Source: Lingula anatina
Taxonomy: Eukaryota; Animalia; Brachiopoda
Direction of reading: 5' to 3'
DNA: 64,000 nt
NCBI GenBank assembly: GCA_051362555.1
Contig: CM120647.1
Span: 12,996,651-13,060,650 of the forward strand
Shown: piece by piece, positions 1 to 14,400 of the stretch
Numbering within the stretch: the stretch's first letter is position 1
How the letters are laid out: each line of letters begins with the position of its first letter
Made by a program: the position numbers and the translations under genes
The notes under the pieces: model-generated
What the model saw: only the letters and a program-made list of their open reading frames with translations
What the model was told of the DNA's origin: nothing
Databases searched by the model: none

Positions 1-99
1 GAGAGATTTTATTAATCTGTGAATCTCGGGGTGATTTTGTAAGGGTCGTCACACCAACAGGGAAGTTGAAACAGCTTCATGTCTGTCACTCATGTTTAA

Positions 100-131
<32 letters not shown>

Positions 132-427
132 TTCTCTTGAGGGGTGGGGTGGGGTGAGGGAAGGGGGGGTATTCAGGAAACCGCAACTTATAAAGCATAT
201 GATATTAAATCTATTAAAACTTCAAAGGGGGTTATTAGTATACAAAGCACGAATCTTGTTAACGTGTAACAGCTCGCCTTGAATATTTTCACTTTGTACT
301 GTGCTCTAGCTCTCTTGTTTACTTTGAAATCTTATTTACGTTTATCATTCTACAAGCTGTATCCTTTGTCTTAATAATCCTATTTAACGGCTCACATTGA
401 AATCCATGGCCAGACTTTGATTTGCTC

Positions 428-547
428 GTTGCCATGCCAACGCCACCTTTGATAAACCCGTTAGCTCGCACAAATCCCATTTTGTAATCCGCTTTGCTGT
501 GTACAAAACAAACGCTTGGTATTTACCTGGCCCGTTGCCACGGTAAC
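428..547. promoter_or_regulatory. Two RFX X-box-like palindromes: GTTGCCATGCCAAC (428-441) and GTTGCCACGGTAAC (534-547)
   Basis: Close matches to the RFX consensus GTTNCC-N0-3-RGYAAC; target gene unknown. Confidence 0.45.
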
Positions 548-1069
548 CGCCGTCTAGATCGGTTTTGCCAGCACTCGGCTGCTGCATGAACACGGTATAG
601 CATGTGCTGGGTCTCAGACTGCATAGAAAATAATAACAGAAAAAAAGCACTATTCTAAAGTGAAACTGTCCATTGTTGAAATATCATGTTATTTCCTGAA
701 TAAATTACGCCTTTCTTCCCCAGTGTAGTCAAGCGTTGACTGAATTTTGAAAAAATATATGAAAGCATATCTGGTGCTATAATTAGATGATTTACAAAGT
801 AACAGGAAGGTAGGACCCCAAGTCCTGCTTGTGAGAGGGCTGCTCCCTCCTCCCCATCAAAAAAGAGGGGGGGGGGGGTTTGCCATTTCCTGAATCCACC
901 AATACTTATGTTACTATTGACCTCAAAGACCACAGGGACGTGCATAATCTCGCTGTTTGGGAGGATGTTTAGGACTAATCCGAAGTATTTTATCCTCAGG
1001 AATTTGAGCGTGCATGTACGTCTTTTTCGCACTGTACTATCTATTTCATAACGCTATTGTGCACTACTG

Positions 1070-1160
1070 CAGTTACGTTACACTACGTTACGAAATGTTA
1101 TGTTACGCTATGTTACGCTACATTTCGTTACGTTACGTTACATTACGTTACGTTATGTCA
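1070..1160. repeat. Degenerate (TTACG)n pentanucleotide repeat
   Basis: Repeated gttac/ttacg units visible. Confidence 0.8.
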
Positions 1161-1382
1161 TATTATGTTCTGTTATATTATGTAAGTCATGATACGCTAT
1201 GTATTGCTAAACGTTCATTGATATTCTACACGTTGCTCTTTGTCGTCGCGTTATTGCACCTTTAATCATCTTGTTAAAAACACATCCTGGTAACCACGTG
1301 TTCTTCCTTGAATAATCTTATACATGTTTGCGTTGCATGTTTTATGGCTAAGTTCATTTACAGCAGTCAATAATGATTAACA

Positions 1383-1385
<3 letters not shown>

Positions 1386-1460
<75 letters not shown>
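1386..1460. repeat. Compound (GT)n(GA)n microsatellite; similar ones at ~15092-15165 and ~37090-37157
   Basis: Direct observation. Confidence 0.95.
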
Positions 1461-1470
<10 letters not shown>

Positions 1471-2764
1471 TTTAAAAGCAAAGCAAAAAAGGATCCAAAA
1501 CAAGATAAACATTTTAACCAAATCCCTGTAACGTATACCCCCAAATGCTGTTTAATTCACACCATATTTCCCTCGCCCTGAACTAAACTTATTTCAACGA
1601 TTTCTAACCAGGTATGTTACAACAAATTACCAGTAAAGGCTGTTTTAACCTACCTGTCGCTCTGTCACTTCACACCGACCTCCTGATTAAGTTTCCCTAG
1701 CTGTTCCAGCGTCACAGTGCTTTAACCGGCACGGGAATGCCGTCAAGAAATGTCAACTGCCGCTGACGACCTCGTGTCGAAGGTTATCCTTCTCGTTCTA
1801 AAAGACGGCCTGATTCTCCCTAAGGAGTAATAAGGAAGAAGTCACAAAACTAGAACGCTGCGTCCCTGACCCTGTCTTTTTCTCCAGGCTTAGAATCGCA
1901 GAACGTTTAGCATAATTCAGTCGGGTAAAATAAATTTATCTTTCCTTCAGAAAATGTTTTCCCTCTCTCTGTTTTTGGCGTTACAAAAACGTGCCTTTCA
2001 CAACCGAGTGGACTTTTGTCGCTTGTAAATTCATAACCCTGATAAAATTTATAAATATTGGTAATACTCCTTTTCGCTCCAATGAATAGCGCTTTCAAAG
2101 GGACCTTTTGCTGTTTAGCAGGGCACTTGAATGGCAGGCCCCATTATCATGACTGTGTATTGCCTTTCTAATTCATATTAAATATTAGCTTTGAACTGTG
2201 CAAATACGAGGACGATTAAACCTGCATTAAGAAGGCAGCGCTGCTACGCTCGGCCGGGTTTCTGACACTAAGTAAATGACAATGTAGGGCTATGAGTGAC
2301 ATTATTAAATAAGGTGTTATAGATGGAGTGAGAAGATTGTGGTGTGTGCGAATGGGGGGGGGGGGAGGGGGGCAGGAGGGAGAGCGCTGCTTCGATTATA
2401 AGATGACGTGATGTCATTAAGCTAGTGTGTGTGTGTGTGGGGGGGGTGTATGTGTGTATTTGCATGTGTGTCGGTGCGTGTGCGTGCACGCAAGCGCGTT
2501 AAAAATTACATCTGATACTCTTGTTCACAGAAATAAGGCACGCCTTTTCTTTGTCCTTATTTCAAAAACCAAAAAGGTAAAAAAATATCTTTAATAAAGA
2601 ATCACATAACAACGCCATTCTAAAAACCCACAACACCATGCTTGTGGTATACCCGACCAGTCAATTTGTTATAATAAAGGGGCAAAATATTTTCCGATTA
2701 CGTCAAAATATGCAATTAATATCCGTACGTTCCCTCAGGGCACACCACTTCAAAACTAACATCG

Positions 2765-2778
2765 GTTGTCATAGCAAC
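2765..2778. promoter_or_regulatory. RFX X-box-like site GTTGTCATAGCAAC
   Basis: 14-bp near-palindrome matching the X-box consensus. Confidence 0.45.
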
Positions 2779-3148
2779 GTCCGAAAAACAGGAAAACACA
2801 CATATTAGTGCATTGAAAAAGGCTTGCAATGATCCTCGAGTTATGCAACAATGGTTCGGTTGGGAGTATAAAAAATGATTCGACTTCTGTTGTTTTTTTT
2901 ATTTTTCTTTAAATTTTTTTAATGTGTGTTTTTGCTTGCCTTGGTTGCGCGGAAAGGTTTTGTTCACGACGGCAATGAAATCCCCCAGTAGTTATTTCAT
3001 TTTGCGTCACTGCATCTAACAATGTATTTTAGCCGCTATGGTAGCTTTGAATTTTGTGAAAGCAATGTTTGCGTACGCAGAGTGTTTCTTTATTGTAGGA
3101 AATAAGAAAACTTGACTCTTGACTTTTTTGCACCAATGAGAGAGAGAA

Positions 3149-3201
<53 letters not shown>

Positions 3202-4917
3202 TCGTATAAAATAAAAAAGAGAAAGGAAAGAAAAGAAAAAAGAAAAAGAGAAGAAAGTCTTGAGCCAGAGAGAGGGGGGGAGGGATCTGTTGATTTAGAA
3301 TAAGAACCTATTTTCGGGACAAAATTACAACACTGCATCGACATCTCTTTTGATTAAGTTGCTGCCAAATTCAAGCGCTCGTCTCTACGTGTCTCTCAGC
3401 AGGTACACAAGTGAAAAAAATCCAATGCGACATTTTTTCCCATCATTTCTTCTCCACAGTGTCCTCCAATCAAAAGGACAAACAAGACCTATAATGTAAT
3501 ACCTAAACAAATTTTCGACTACGCTTACACAAGGTTTTTTGTTTGTCTTTGTCAGCCATTGTGCAAATGTTCACGAAATACAATTACGACAGAGATTAAT
3601 GCATTTCAGATAGGTATATTATGCTATCTAGCGGTAGACTATTATCTCAGTTGAAAACATCTGGCTAGTGTTAATATCCATGCCAAGGACACCATGAAAA
3701 GACCCGCAGCTTTTAAAGAGGAACAAAATCTTAACGGGACAACTCATCAGATTATTTACCTTTTATTATTATCTTTTTTTTCAATGAGTTTCAAACAGGA
3801 CAGTCACAAAAACCTGCTACTTACAAGGGGGGGGGGATATTTCTTAATATGATATATCCCAGAAAGCATTACATTCATATCATGAAGAAAATATGTGGAG
3901 GCTTGTGTAAAATAACCAAACAAAACGTACGCTGGTGGTTAAAATAATGTGGGTTAGCAAAAATAAGTATGTGAATATGCATAGCAGGCGCAAAAAATGT
4001 AAAGTAAACATTTTGCCCTAATGTCAACTTCAGTAAACTTCAGTATACTAATATGAATGTCCAGAAACTGGGGTAAGATGAAAACCGCGCCCACCTGCGG
4101 GTAATTCTTGTATTCAGAGTAATGCCAAACCATGTTTTCGATACCTATGCTCTTGAAGCTCTGGAAAATAGAAACCGGGGAACGAAAAAAGCTGAACTCT
4201 TCAGTTTTTCCAATCCGCGTATGTCTGAACCGTGGACATAATATTACGTTACATGACACACACAAATGCCATATAAGCATACCAGATCTTTTTTTACCGC
4301 TGTTATTCCGATATTATTCCGCTCAACTAAGGCGGAAACGCCCCTTTTATTGATCGCGCCACTATATACAACAGTGTTTTGGTTTTATTTACCGCGTCGA
4401 GAGGGCGACTTTTTAAAGTAAATCTAGCGTTCGTAATATGCGTTTAATATCCCCCCGAGGGTAAGGTTGGGTGACTTACCGGCCGAGGCTCATAAAAGAC
4501 TAGTTGTTAAATGGAACGCATCTCATTTACAAGTGGTTCTTACTTAGGAAATGTAACAGGCCAGGTGGCATGTAAAATAGGTGTGAGATGTGTTTAAAAC
4601 ATGCATAAAAATGTTTTCTCGTGGCCGGGAAGAAAGAAAGAAAGAAAGAAAGTATGGAAGAAGACTGATAGAACAGCAAAATAACCGTTACGACATTTGT
4701 GATATGTAACTTACAAGAACAGAGGCTATTAATTACAGAAAATTAATAGAAAGCTCTAATACCATGTGCACACTATTTCTTCTTTTTCAAAACAGTTTAT
4801 ATTCTAAAAAAAGGTGTGTTTAAGTAAATTCATTTATAGAAGCTAATAATTTGATACGCAACAAGATATACTGTATTTTAACTCGTTGAGTATGCGCGAA
4901 GATAAACCATTTTTATT

Positions 4918-5157
4918 ACTAGAAAAGCACTCCGAGAGCGCAGACCTCCGCCAAGACAGCAAAGTCTCCACCCAATGCCGTTTCACCCCTAATTTTTCAT
5001 TCTATAATGTTTAGTTTTTTATTCTTGATTCTTGATTATTGTTTGATTAATGATCCGGGTCACCACCAAAAACTAATCATCTGTTCCTTGGCCCACTTGT
5101 GACAGTTCCTGAAAATGTCATCAAAATAGGTCCATAACTTTTTCTGTTATGTTGCTA

Positions 5158-5195
<38 letters not shown>

Positions 5196-5233
5196 TAACG
5201 GAACCAAAAAAATAACCTCCTTGGCGGAGATAA
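4918..5233 (+). mobile_element. Non-autonomous Helentron/HINE-like element
   Basis: Starts ACTAGAAAAGCACTCCGAGAGCGCAGAC, has subterminal inverted repeats CTCCGCCAAG (4946-4955) and CTTGGCGGAG (5220-5229), and an internal (GACA)n microsatellite. This is the typical HINE architecture. Confidence 0.75.
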
Positions 5234-6486
5234 AGATGAAATTTCTTCACGTAAAAAATGCAGACGGTGTTCTACTGAGGGGATGTCTGCAAACTGTAAT
5301 AGATCTAATCCAACTTGTCATACAATATCAAAGAATTTGTAGACATAGGATTATTAGTGACCTTGGCAATAGCGACATCAAAGAAGATAAATACCCAGGA
5401 TAGATACACGTCAAATAGACACCTTGACACTTGATTATATAACGTTACCAAAATACATACAGACACTATTTATAGTCCAAAAATACCGAAACAGGTGTCA
5501 CTGGTAAGATACACACCCTTGGGGTGAGACACACCCTTGGTTTTGAAAACTGGCACCAGTTAATAATGTGTACAGTGAACAAGAATAATATAGATGTAAT
5601 CCATGGGACGTGTTGATTTTTTTAATTAAAGCAAAAGATATCTTAGATCTGATGAAAGTCTTAAGGGAAGTTTTGCTGCTGTCAATCAGTCAAGGTTAGT
5701 TTGGTGAGGGTAGAGAGATGAGTCGAGGGAACCGCCATTTCTCTATTTCATTATGATTGTGCGGGCAAGTCCGTGTTTTTGAAGTGTAGTTCAGGCTCAA
5801 CCTGATATTTAAAACGGATCACTTTTTAAGCACATAAAAAAGAAATATTTTTCTCATGAAAAAGGTTCAACATATATCGAAGACTGCGGCCCAGAAATGT
5901 GCAAATACTAATGTCAATGCCTGTATTTTAAAATGTCTCTTGAAAAATCCGTTTTGATTGATACCTGGTTGAAAATCTGACAAAATTAACGAAGAGTCCT
6001 TATCATATCTCTGCTGTATCTATATTAGGAATCTGTCCGAAACGAGGTGAGCTCCTACAGATGATAAATGTTATCTCCTAATATCTTTGCTTAACATCGA
6101 AAAGAAGATGAGCAATTAGAAACAACGATATTGGCCACTAAGGAACCATATTGAGGAGTGATTTTTGGCGTCCCCGCCTGAACACTTAAAGAGGACAAGC
6201 AAATTGACAACCGTGAGATGCTTAATAAAAGTGAACCAATGACCGAGATCTCATATTGGTACCCTGCGTTTCGAAGAGTTACAGGGAACACTACAAGATG
6301 CTGATAGTGGAGGTGATCTACTAGTTATCTCCTCAACGCAGGGTGGAGTCAGCGTTACGGGCAGAGTGCACGTGATAGATCTAAGAAGACTTAGACTCAT
6401 TTTCTGCCTCTCTGTCTTCTACTGCCTGTCTCTCGTGATGACCGTTGTTCATTAGATTGATTAGAAAATACATTAGTAATAAGAAT

Positions 6487-6572
6487 TAATATAATATAAT
6501 ATAATATAATATAATATAATATAATATAATATAATATAATATAATATAATATAATATAATATAATATAATAT
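6487..6572. repeat. (ATAAT)n microsatellite
   Basis: Direct observation. Confidence 0.95.
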
Positions 6573-7750
6573 AGCGGACTTCCATTCGTGTCTCACGGGC
6601 TGTGCCTTTACGCAGAAAACACCTGGGTCAAGGTGCACCGCGTAGGTTATCATCAGTTATATACGTACGTTATATTAAATGACATATATATCAGCTTTTG
6701 CGATAATCGTTTATTCATGAGACTGCGTTAGCGTGATAATTTTTCCCTCCAGTAGTAAGTCTGGTGAAAAATACCAAAGATCCATAGTATCTCTTTTCCT
6801 CATTTGTAAACAAGTATTTGGGATGTTGATTATTATTGTTGTGCAGTGATTGTAGTCTCAACATCAAACACAATCAGTCCTGTCTTCTCTGTCACATTTA
6901 CTGCTCTTGAAGTCCACATAACACTTTCAATGTCCAGTCTTTACAACTAATAATGAACGGTTTTCTAAATGAATAAACAGATGGTTTGATCAATTTATTG
7001 ATTAATATATAAATTGATTTATAAATGAAAATAATTTTGTTATCAACATTTATACATAAGGGAGGGGGGGGGGGGGGCTAACGGGCCAGATTTTTATACA
7101 TGTAGGCCTACCAGTAAGTGGTACGTGTTTTACTAGCCGTTCAATCTTTAGAATGTTCTAACTAATCTAATAAACAACGGTCATCATGAGAGACATGTAT
7201 ACACAAAAAAGTATTGACAAGAGTCGAAGCGATTGATCGAAAGTGCAGTTTTAAATGTCATTTTATCTCAGCTAACTGTAATTATAATTTGATATTAAAC
7301 AGAAACGTTTGAAAGTAGGCTACACGTTTAAACTTGACCGAAATTTTCTCGTGGAATAATGCGCTTTTCTACATAATTTAACGTATATTGAAATGGTTGT
7401 TTTAGATAACTGCCAAATTAATTTCTTAAAGAATCGACTCGCCAATCACACTGGAAAAAGAAACACCAGAAATAAAAGACTCGGAAGAACTAGCTTCGAA
7501 TTAAGCTTATCTTGGGATAACATTTTCAGCAGCATCAGGGGAAATTTATTTCTTTAGGATTAGCCATTTTATTACTTGAGCATGTTGATTGGTGTTGATC
7601 TTGTTACTAAAGAGATGAGGCATTTGCAAAGAAAAATAATCAGTACAGTGCTAAATTTTCATTGGATTTTATACCTTATTCTGTGCGAACGCAATGTGGC
7701 TTTGTAAGTTTGTGAATATTTAAGCTACGAGCTGCTCCCTTATCTATCCC

Positions 7751-7760
7751 GTCACGTGAC
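7751..7760. promoter_or_regulatory. Perfect GTCACGTGAC palindrome (CLEAR/USF-type E-box) ~680 bp upstream of the Smo ATG
   Basis: Exact 10-bp match in the probable Smo promoter region. Confidence 0.4.
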
Positions 7761-8434
7761 TTGAGGGGTAATAGAGTTGAAAGAATACCATCTTGTGTTA
7801 GTCCTTGTTAAATGTTGGGGATCGTTTAAGGAAAGATGTAGATCTGATGTGTAAACGAAATACAAACAATTAACAGATATGGGTGCTTCGAAGACTTGAC
7901 GTACAGGGCAGAGTTGATAGAGACGCCGGAAAGGAGGTACGGCAAGTTTGAGCTTCTGCCTTCTGTATGGAGTTCGTTTGTGGGCCTTTAATTTTACTTA
8001 CTCAGCTTTCCTCAGCTAGTTCGGTGTTTCACGAAGAAGTTTAGCGAATGTTGTCCGAAATGTCAATTTGTTATCACTTCCTTTTCTAAACCTGACGTTG
8101 ATTTGCTTTAGAAGTATTGTTTAAGACAGAAGTGTCTTTGAGATAACTTACCACTTACTAGTACACTTCTGCACTTGACTTTCTGTATAAATCGGCCTTT
8201 ATGAAGGCAGGGTATTTGAGTTTTCTGTTTTCACACTTGTTTTCACCTTCTTTTCACTGTTTAAGTTATTTTAGAATGGGTGTTTTACATATAAGTACAA
8301 TGTATAAGAGATACACGATTGCATCAAGTCACATTAACATGCTGTAAAACAAGAAAACCATGTAACAGTGACCTCAGACATTTTACTTTTTGTTTCTTCA
8401 GGGTGTGTGAAGTAGTGTAGAGGAGGGTCACACT

Positions 8435-11400
8435 ATGGCATCCTCCACTCCTGCTCTGACTGTCATCATTTTCTTTATCTGCCTTGGGATCACCTTTGGT
8501 CAAAATGCCACAAATACTTCAACAACTTCAGCTGTTGACAACATTTCTACCACAGTGCCTGCACAGACAGCTTCAAGCACTGTCACAACAACACCTTCTT
8601 CCGTTGATATCACTACCTCCGCTGCCACCGTTGCCTTGACAGGCTGCCAGATGGCAGCACCCTGCGAGCCTCTAGAGACTTCGACTTGTCTTGGCACCCC
8701 ACTCCCTTATGCACAGACCTCCTTGGCGCTAGTCAACGACTCTTCCAACCAGACAGAGGCCCAGATGAGACTGAAGCTGTGGAGTGGCCTGCAAAGTGTG
8801 CCGCAGTGCTGGGCTGTCGTACAGCCGCTGCTGTGTGCGGTGTACATGCCGCAGTGTAATGGCAGCGTCATCGAGCTTCCTTCCAAGGATATGTGTGAGA
8901 AGACGAGAGGGCCCTGCAGGATCGTGGAGACTGTGCAAGGGTGGCCAGAGTTTCTGAAGTGTGAGGGGGCGCATTTTCAGTCTCAGTGTAATTCTGTAAG
9001 TTCAGTTTTGTTTTTATTAGTTGAAAGGTGATTTTGGAAAAAAAGAAAGTTTTAGTGTCACTTTTATTTTTGATCTGAAGTTAAAATTTGATTTTAATTA
9101 GCTCAAGATGATTTTGAAAGAAGTGGATATACTTTCAATTTCATTGAAATTCAGTAAGCTCTTTTATGTTTTCTTTAAATCAGTCAAATTTATGCCCAAA
9201 CCAGATAACTTTGCTCAATCCTTTTACTAGTACTAGTACATACCAGATTAAAGTTAAGTCTAAGATTATTCAGATTTGAAGGCCAGTAGTGAAACACAAG
9301 GTTTTGTGTAAGAATTTTTGTAAAGAGCTAAAACAGCTTTTAGTTTACATGTACTACAAATTTAACATTTTTGTATTGAACATAAATTGATCCTGGGTAG
9401 CTAAGGAGGGGGATTCTCCCCTCAGCTTTGTTTATATACAAACAGTAATAGCAAATGACCTATAGACACTACAATAACTTACTGGTAAGAGAACAGTTCA
9501 CACTAGGCAATTTAAGATTGGTTTTGAACTGGCCAATTTCATAAAATCTGTGTTTTGACATTATGGTGATATGAACCCTGTACAGACATTGGCAAAAGTG
9601 GCTTCCTAAATGCCATATTGAGTATTAATGTGAATTATAATCAACAGTATGGAGGCAAAGGCCACAATGATGAGGAGTTCATGATCTGTGCCCAAAGATG
9701 TATACTAGAAGTCCTGAATGTCCGGACTGAACAGACTAACTTGGATTTCAGAGTGATTTTTGCTCTGTCAAATTAATACTCAGAATAACGTTTAAATATT
9801 GAAATAATTAATGAATTATTTTGAAAAAGTACATATTATTTTCCACATACATCGTCATTTTGTCACTTTTAATCAATGGTGAGAATGTTAAACATAATGT
9901 TTGCTAGCATGATTCAAGTCATGTGAGCGAGACCCAAAAAGTAACAAATGACCCATATTGCCAAGTACAATAAGGCGCACAAACAATGAAAAGAAACTAC
10001 CTTCCAAACATACACATAGCTCTGTAGGGATTCATGGGCTGAGCCCCTCAATGTCAAACACTGGGGTTTTGTGTGCATTTTCCACCTCAACGCTCAAGAA
10101 AGGCTGTGGAAATAAAAGCCTTGTGTTGAATGAATCACTCGCTATAGGGAGCTTGAATGAATCTCTCCTGCTCTTAAATTTGATAATGTAGGTTTATATA
10201 TTGAAATGTTTGGCAGGAATTTGTGTACATACGTTAGGTCACTTTTTGATTTAGTATTAGAATAAAATTGGTATTATTAATTGTTTGTACTGTGTTATTA
10301 GTGGTGAGTTAATCATAAAGGTTGAAAGGTATTGAGTAATATATATTGCCTTGGGCATGAGCTGTGTTTAACTTACTGTAAGATGTATAGAAGAAAATTT
10401 TAATGACTCTGCAGGGAATCATAAAGATCTACTGATTTAGTGTGATTCATGAGCATTCTTTTATATTCTATCCAGATTGGAAGTAGACCAAAAGTCCAAG
10501 TTAAGACCAATATTTTGTTTGAAATTCCATTTTCAAATTTCATGCATATTTGGTAGTCACATTTGAGAAGAAAGAGAACTAATATTAAGTTGGGTTTTTT
10601 TTTACAAAAAGATTTTTTCACAATTTTTTTTTTTTTTTTTTTTTTTGTGTGATGACAGCAACATTTATTACCTCAAATATTATCCATTATTTAAAGAAAA
10701 ATCCCCAACAAATTGATCAGTTTTGTTAGCATTTTTCTTTTCCAGAATCCTGTCTCAAATCTCAATTTCAACACCAGCTCCACGTGCCAGGCACCCCTGG
10801 TTGCCACGTCTAACAAAGACAGCTGGTACGAGGGGGTGGATGGATGCGGCCTACAGTGCCAGAACCCTCTGTTTACTGACGACGAACACAGGCAGGTCCA
10901 CATCTTCATAGGTGTGGTGGGATCTCTGTGTCTGGTGCTGACACTCTTTGCTTTGGTAGGTGGGATTTTTTTTTTAATTGGTCTCGCCTGACACATACAA
11001 GTTAGGCGATTACACTTACTGCATGGCCACATTCACAACCAAAGTTAATCTGTGGATCAGATATGGCTGACACACTTGAAAAGCTTACACATAATCCCCG
11101 TGGGAAATCTATTCAGTGTCTGTCAGGGGATTACGTGGCAAGCTGTAAAGTGGGTTGGCCATATTCTATCCACAGATCAACTTGAAGTGAATGTGCCCTT
11201 AAATCAATAAATCGGTCAAAGGCAGTAGCGAACAAAATAACACCCCATTGTGATAAGCAGTGCAAATTTTAAGAAGTAAATAGGATTTACTGGGATTCAT
11301 TTTAAGTAAATGAGTATCTTGTTATTATATGAAAAATAAGGTAAAAATTTAGTAGTATTTGCAAGCTATGAAAGATGTGTTTAGTTAAGTGCTAAAGAAC

Positions 11401-14400
11401 TAAGACAATTTTCCTTTTTCACACATTTTCATTGGCACTTGTAGAGGTAAGTATTTCAGTGTTAAAGTGTTTTAATGTTTCTGGTTGCTGTTTGTTGTTG
11501 ACACATGGCTGAAGGGTGCTGACTATATGAACAGTCTGTTGGTGTGTTGGCAAGAAACTTTTATCTTTCTAAAATATTTACTGATATATGAAGGTCTTTA
11601 GATTTATTTGGAAACCTGGACTTTTGGGTGTTGTATTTATGACTTCTGAACCTCCCAGTATAGAGTCGTGTTCTTTCATACAGCTCTTTCATTTTCAGGG
11701 TGTTTTTTGAAAGGTCCTCTTTCATCGCTTTTTCCTCTTTATATGTTTGCTGAACTAATTTCAAATATTTTTTTCCTATGAGTCAAATGTCCATATTGAT
11801 TTGATTTTATTTTCCTCTAAGTCTTAGGCAAACTTTTTAGGATATTTTTTACAGAAAGTAGGATATAGAAAAGTCATAACTTACAGATAACTGTGGTTAA
11901 AAAAATCATATCTGTAAACAACAGGCTATTGTTTGCTTCTGCCACAACTTTTGAGTCCAATAACTTCATTTATTGAAGGGTTCAATATAAGTGAAAAGCC
12001 TAATTGTTGCCACAACATTTTATCTTTTATCAACACACAGTGCAGAAATAGGTTCGAAAAAAAGTGATGTATCACACTGTCATCTCAACTGAATCATCTA
12101 ACACTACTTTCTAATTCACAGCTGACATTCATAATTGACTGGAAGAATGCCAACCGCTACCCGGCGCTGATCCTTTTCTTCATCAACGCCTGTTTCTTTG
12201 TGGGCAGTATTGGGTGGTTGGCCCAGTTTATACCAGGTGCTAGACAGGATATCGTCTGCAAGGCTGATGGAACCTTAAGAAGCGGGGAGCCAAAGATAGG
12301 GTAATGATTCAGTTCATTCCCACTTGTATACCAAATAATAATAATCATTGTGGATTTGATGTTACTTTGAAATTATGGTTTTGCTATTGATGGTCATTAT
12401 TTAAAAGGCATTTCACATGTTTGATTAAAATTTTTCCCATTTTCAGGTCAGGAGAAACTGCCTCATGCACTTTCATCTTTATATTCGTCTACTTTTCCAT
12501 GATGGCTGGGGTCACATGGTTTGTCATCCTGGCATATTGCTGGCGTGTTACCTTCAAGTCTCTGGGCACTGCTCGTGATCTGATAGCAGGAAAGATCGCC
12601 TACTTTCATATCTTTGCCTGGTCTTTTCCACTGGTGCTTACTATCATATGTTTAGCTGTCACGGAGGTAGGAATGAAAGAGAAACACTTGTTGATGTGAT
12701 ATATTTTAATGTGATGATTTAAAACCTCTGTGGATGGCTTGAAATGCCCTTTAAGAAAGTATTCATATATGGTAACACATTTTATCAATTGTGATATAGG
12801 TCTGATGGAAGTTTGGCACTCACTTTGATCAAATGGCTGGTCTTTTTAGTAGGTTTTGCACAAACTTCCAATGAAGTATTTGTATTCCATATAATATGTT
12901 CTTACAGGTTTATTATAAATGTAAGATATTAAAATGAAGGAAATTTAGTTAGATATGCCATTTATCATCACTGTCACAACCAGCACAATGTCACACCAAA
13001 CACGATCACATTTTACACAATCCAAGTCACAATTCAAATCACATTGTATGTAATCTTAACCAACACAATCTCTCCTAACACAATTCTCTCCCATTCTTGT
13101 CTCAGGTTGATGGAGATTCCCTGAGTGGAATATGTTTTGTTGGCTATATCAACCACTGGGTCAGAGGAGTCTTTGTATTAATGCCAATAGGACTGGTAGT
13201 CACTGTGGGTCTGGTGTTTATATGTATGGGTGAGTACTGATGTCTATAGGACTGATGGTTATATGTATGGGTGAGTACTGATGTCTATAGGACTGATGGT
13301 CATATGCATGGGTGAGTACTGATGTCTATAGGACTGATGGTTATATGTATGGGTGAGTACTGATGTCTATAGGACTGATGGTTATATGTATGGGTGAGTA
13401 CTGATGTCTATAGGACTGATGGTTATATGTATGGGTGAGTACTGATGTCTATAGGACTGATGGTTATATGTATGGGTGAGTACTGATGTCTATAGGACTG
13501 ATGGTTATATGTATGGGTGAGTACTGATGTCTATAGGACTGATGGTCATATGTATGGGTGAGTACTGATGTCTATAGGACTGATGGTTATATGTATGGGT
13601 GAGTACTGATGTCTATAGGACTGATGGTTATATGTATGGGTGAGTACTGATGTCTATAGGACTGATGGTTATATGCATGGGTGAGTGGTTGAAAAATAAT
13701 CCAAAGTTTGCAGATGTATGTAGACTTCATCAAGTTTGTGTTGATTTTTGTGCAAATTCATCATTGAACAGATGGAAAAGGTTTTCTGTGACTTGAACTA
13801 GCTCTTATGTTTTACAACAAATTATTGATGGAAAAGTTTTTTTTTCTTTGCATGTTTGCTTTTGATAAGTCTTTTTACTCCAGTTTGAAATGTGTAAATA
13901 TTTGCATTTAGTAAATAGAACTGGACCAGGTGTAAAATTATCCATTGGGTGAGCATTTTATGTTGCAGAAAATGATTAAAAATAAAATTTACCTTTTGTA
14001 AAAAAAATGTTTAAAAAAAAAATGAAAAGGGAGCAAAGAGGATATGGTTTTAGACTAGTCATTTGTATGTAAACAGAGTTTTGAAAAAGTTATAATTGTA
14101 TTATTTCAGGCCTGGCCACACTGTGCAAACTCCGTAAAGAAAGTCCCGGAGTGGTCAGCAATAAAGCTACAGCCAAAATCATGGAAACTATATTTAGATT
14201 AGGTGAGATTCAGTGTAAGCTGAAACTAGGCATAGACTAGTGTTTTAGACCCCATTCCCGGAGATTAGATCGATCCAACTAGATCGACCTAACTCCCTGG
14301 GGGTTCACGCTAAATAGCTGTCAGCCAAGCGGGCACGACAGTTAATTACCCCCTTACAGCTTGTAGAAGGCAGGACAGACATTTAAGCTGGATTATCTGA

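Noticed and set aside
384-7100. Short ORFs in the 5' region
   Set aside because: Most derive from microsatellites or repeats (CVCV, ERER, YIIL, DRQT) and none shows a recognisable domain or exon chain.
13217-13686. Possible CRISPR array
   Set aside because: Contiguous near-identical units with no unique spacers, no cas genes, and a eukaryotic intron context.
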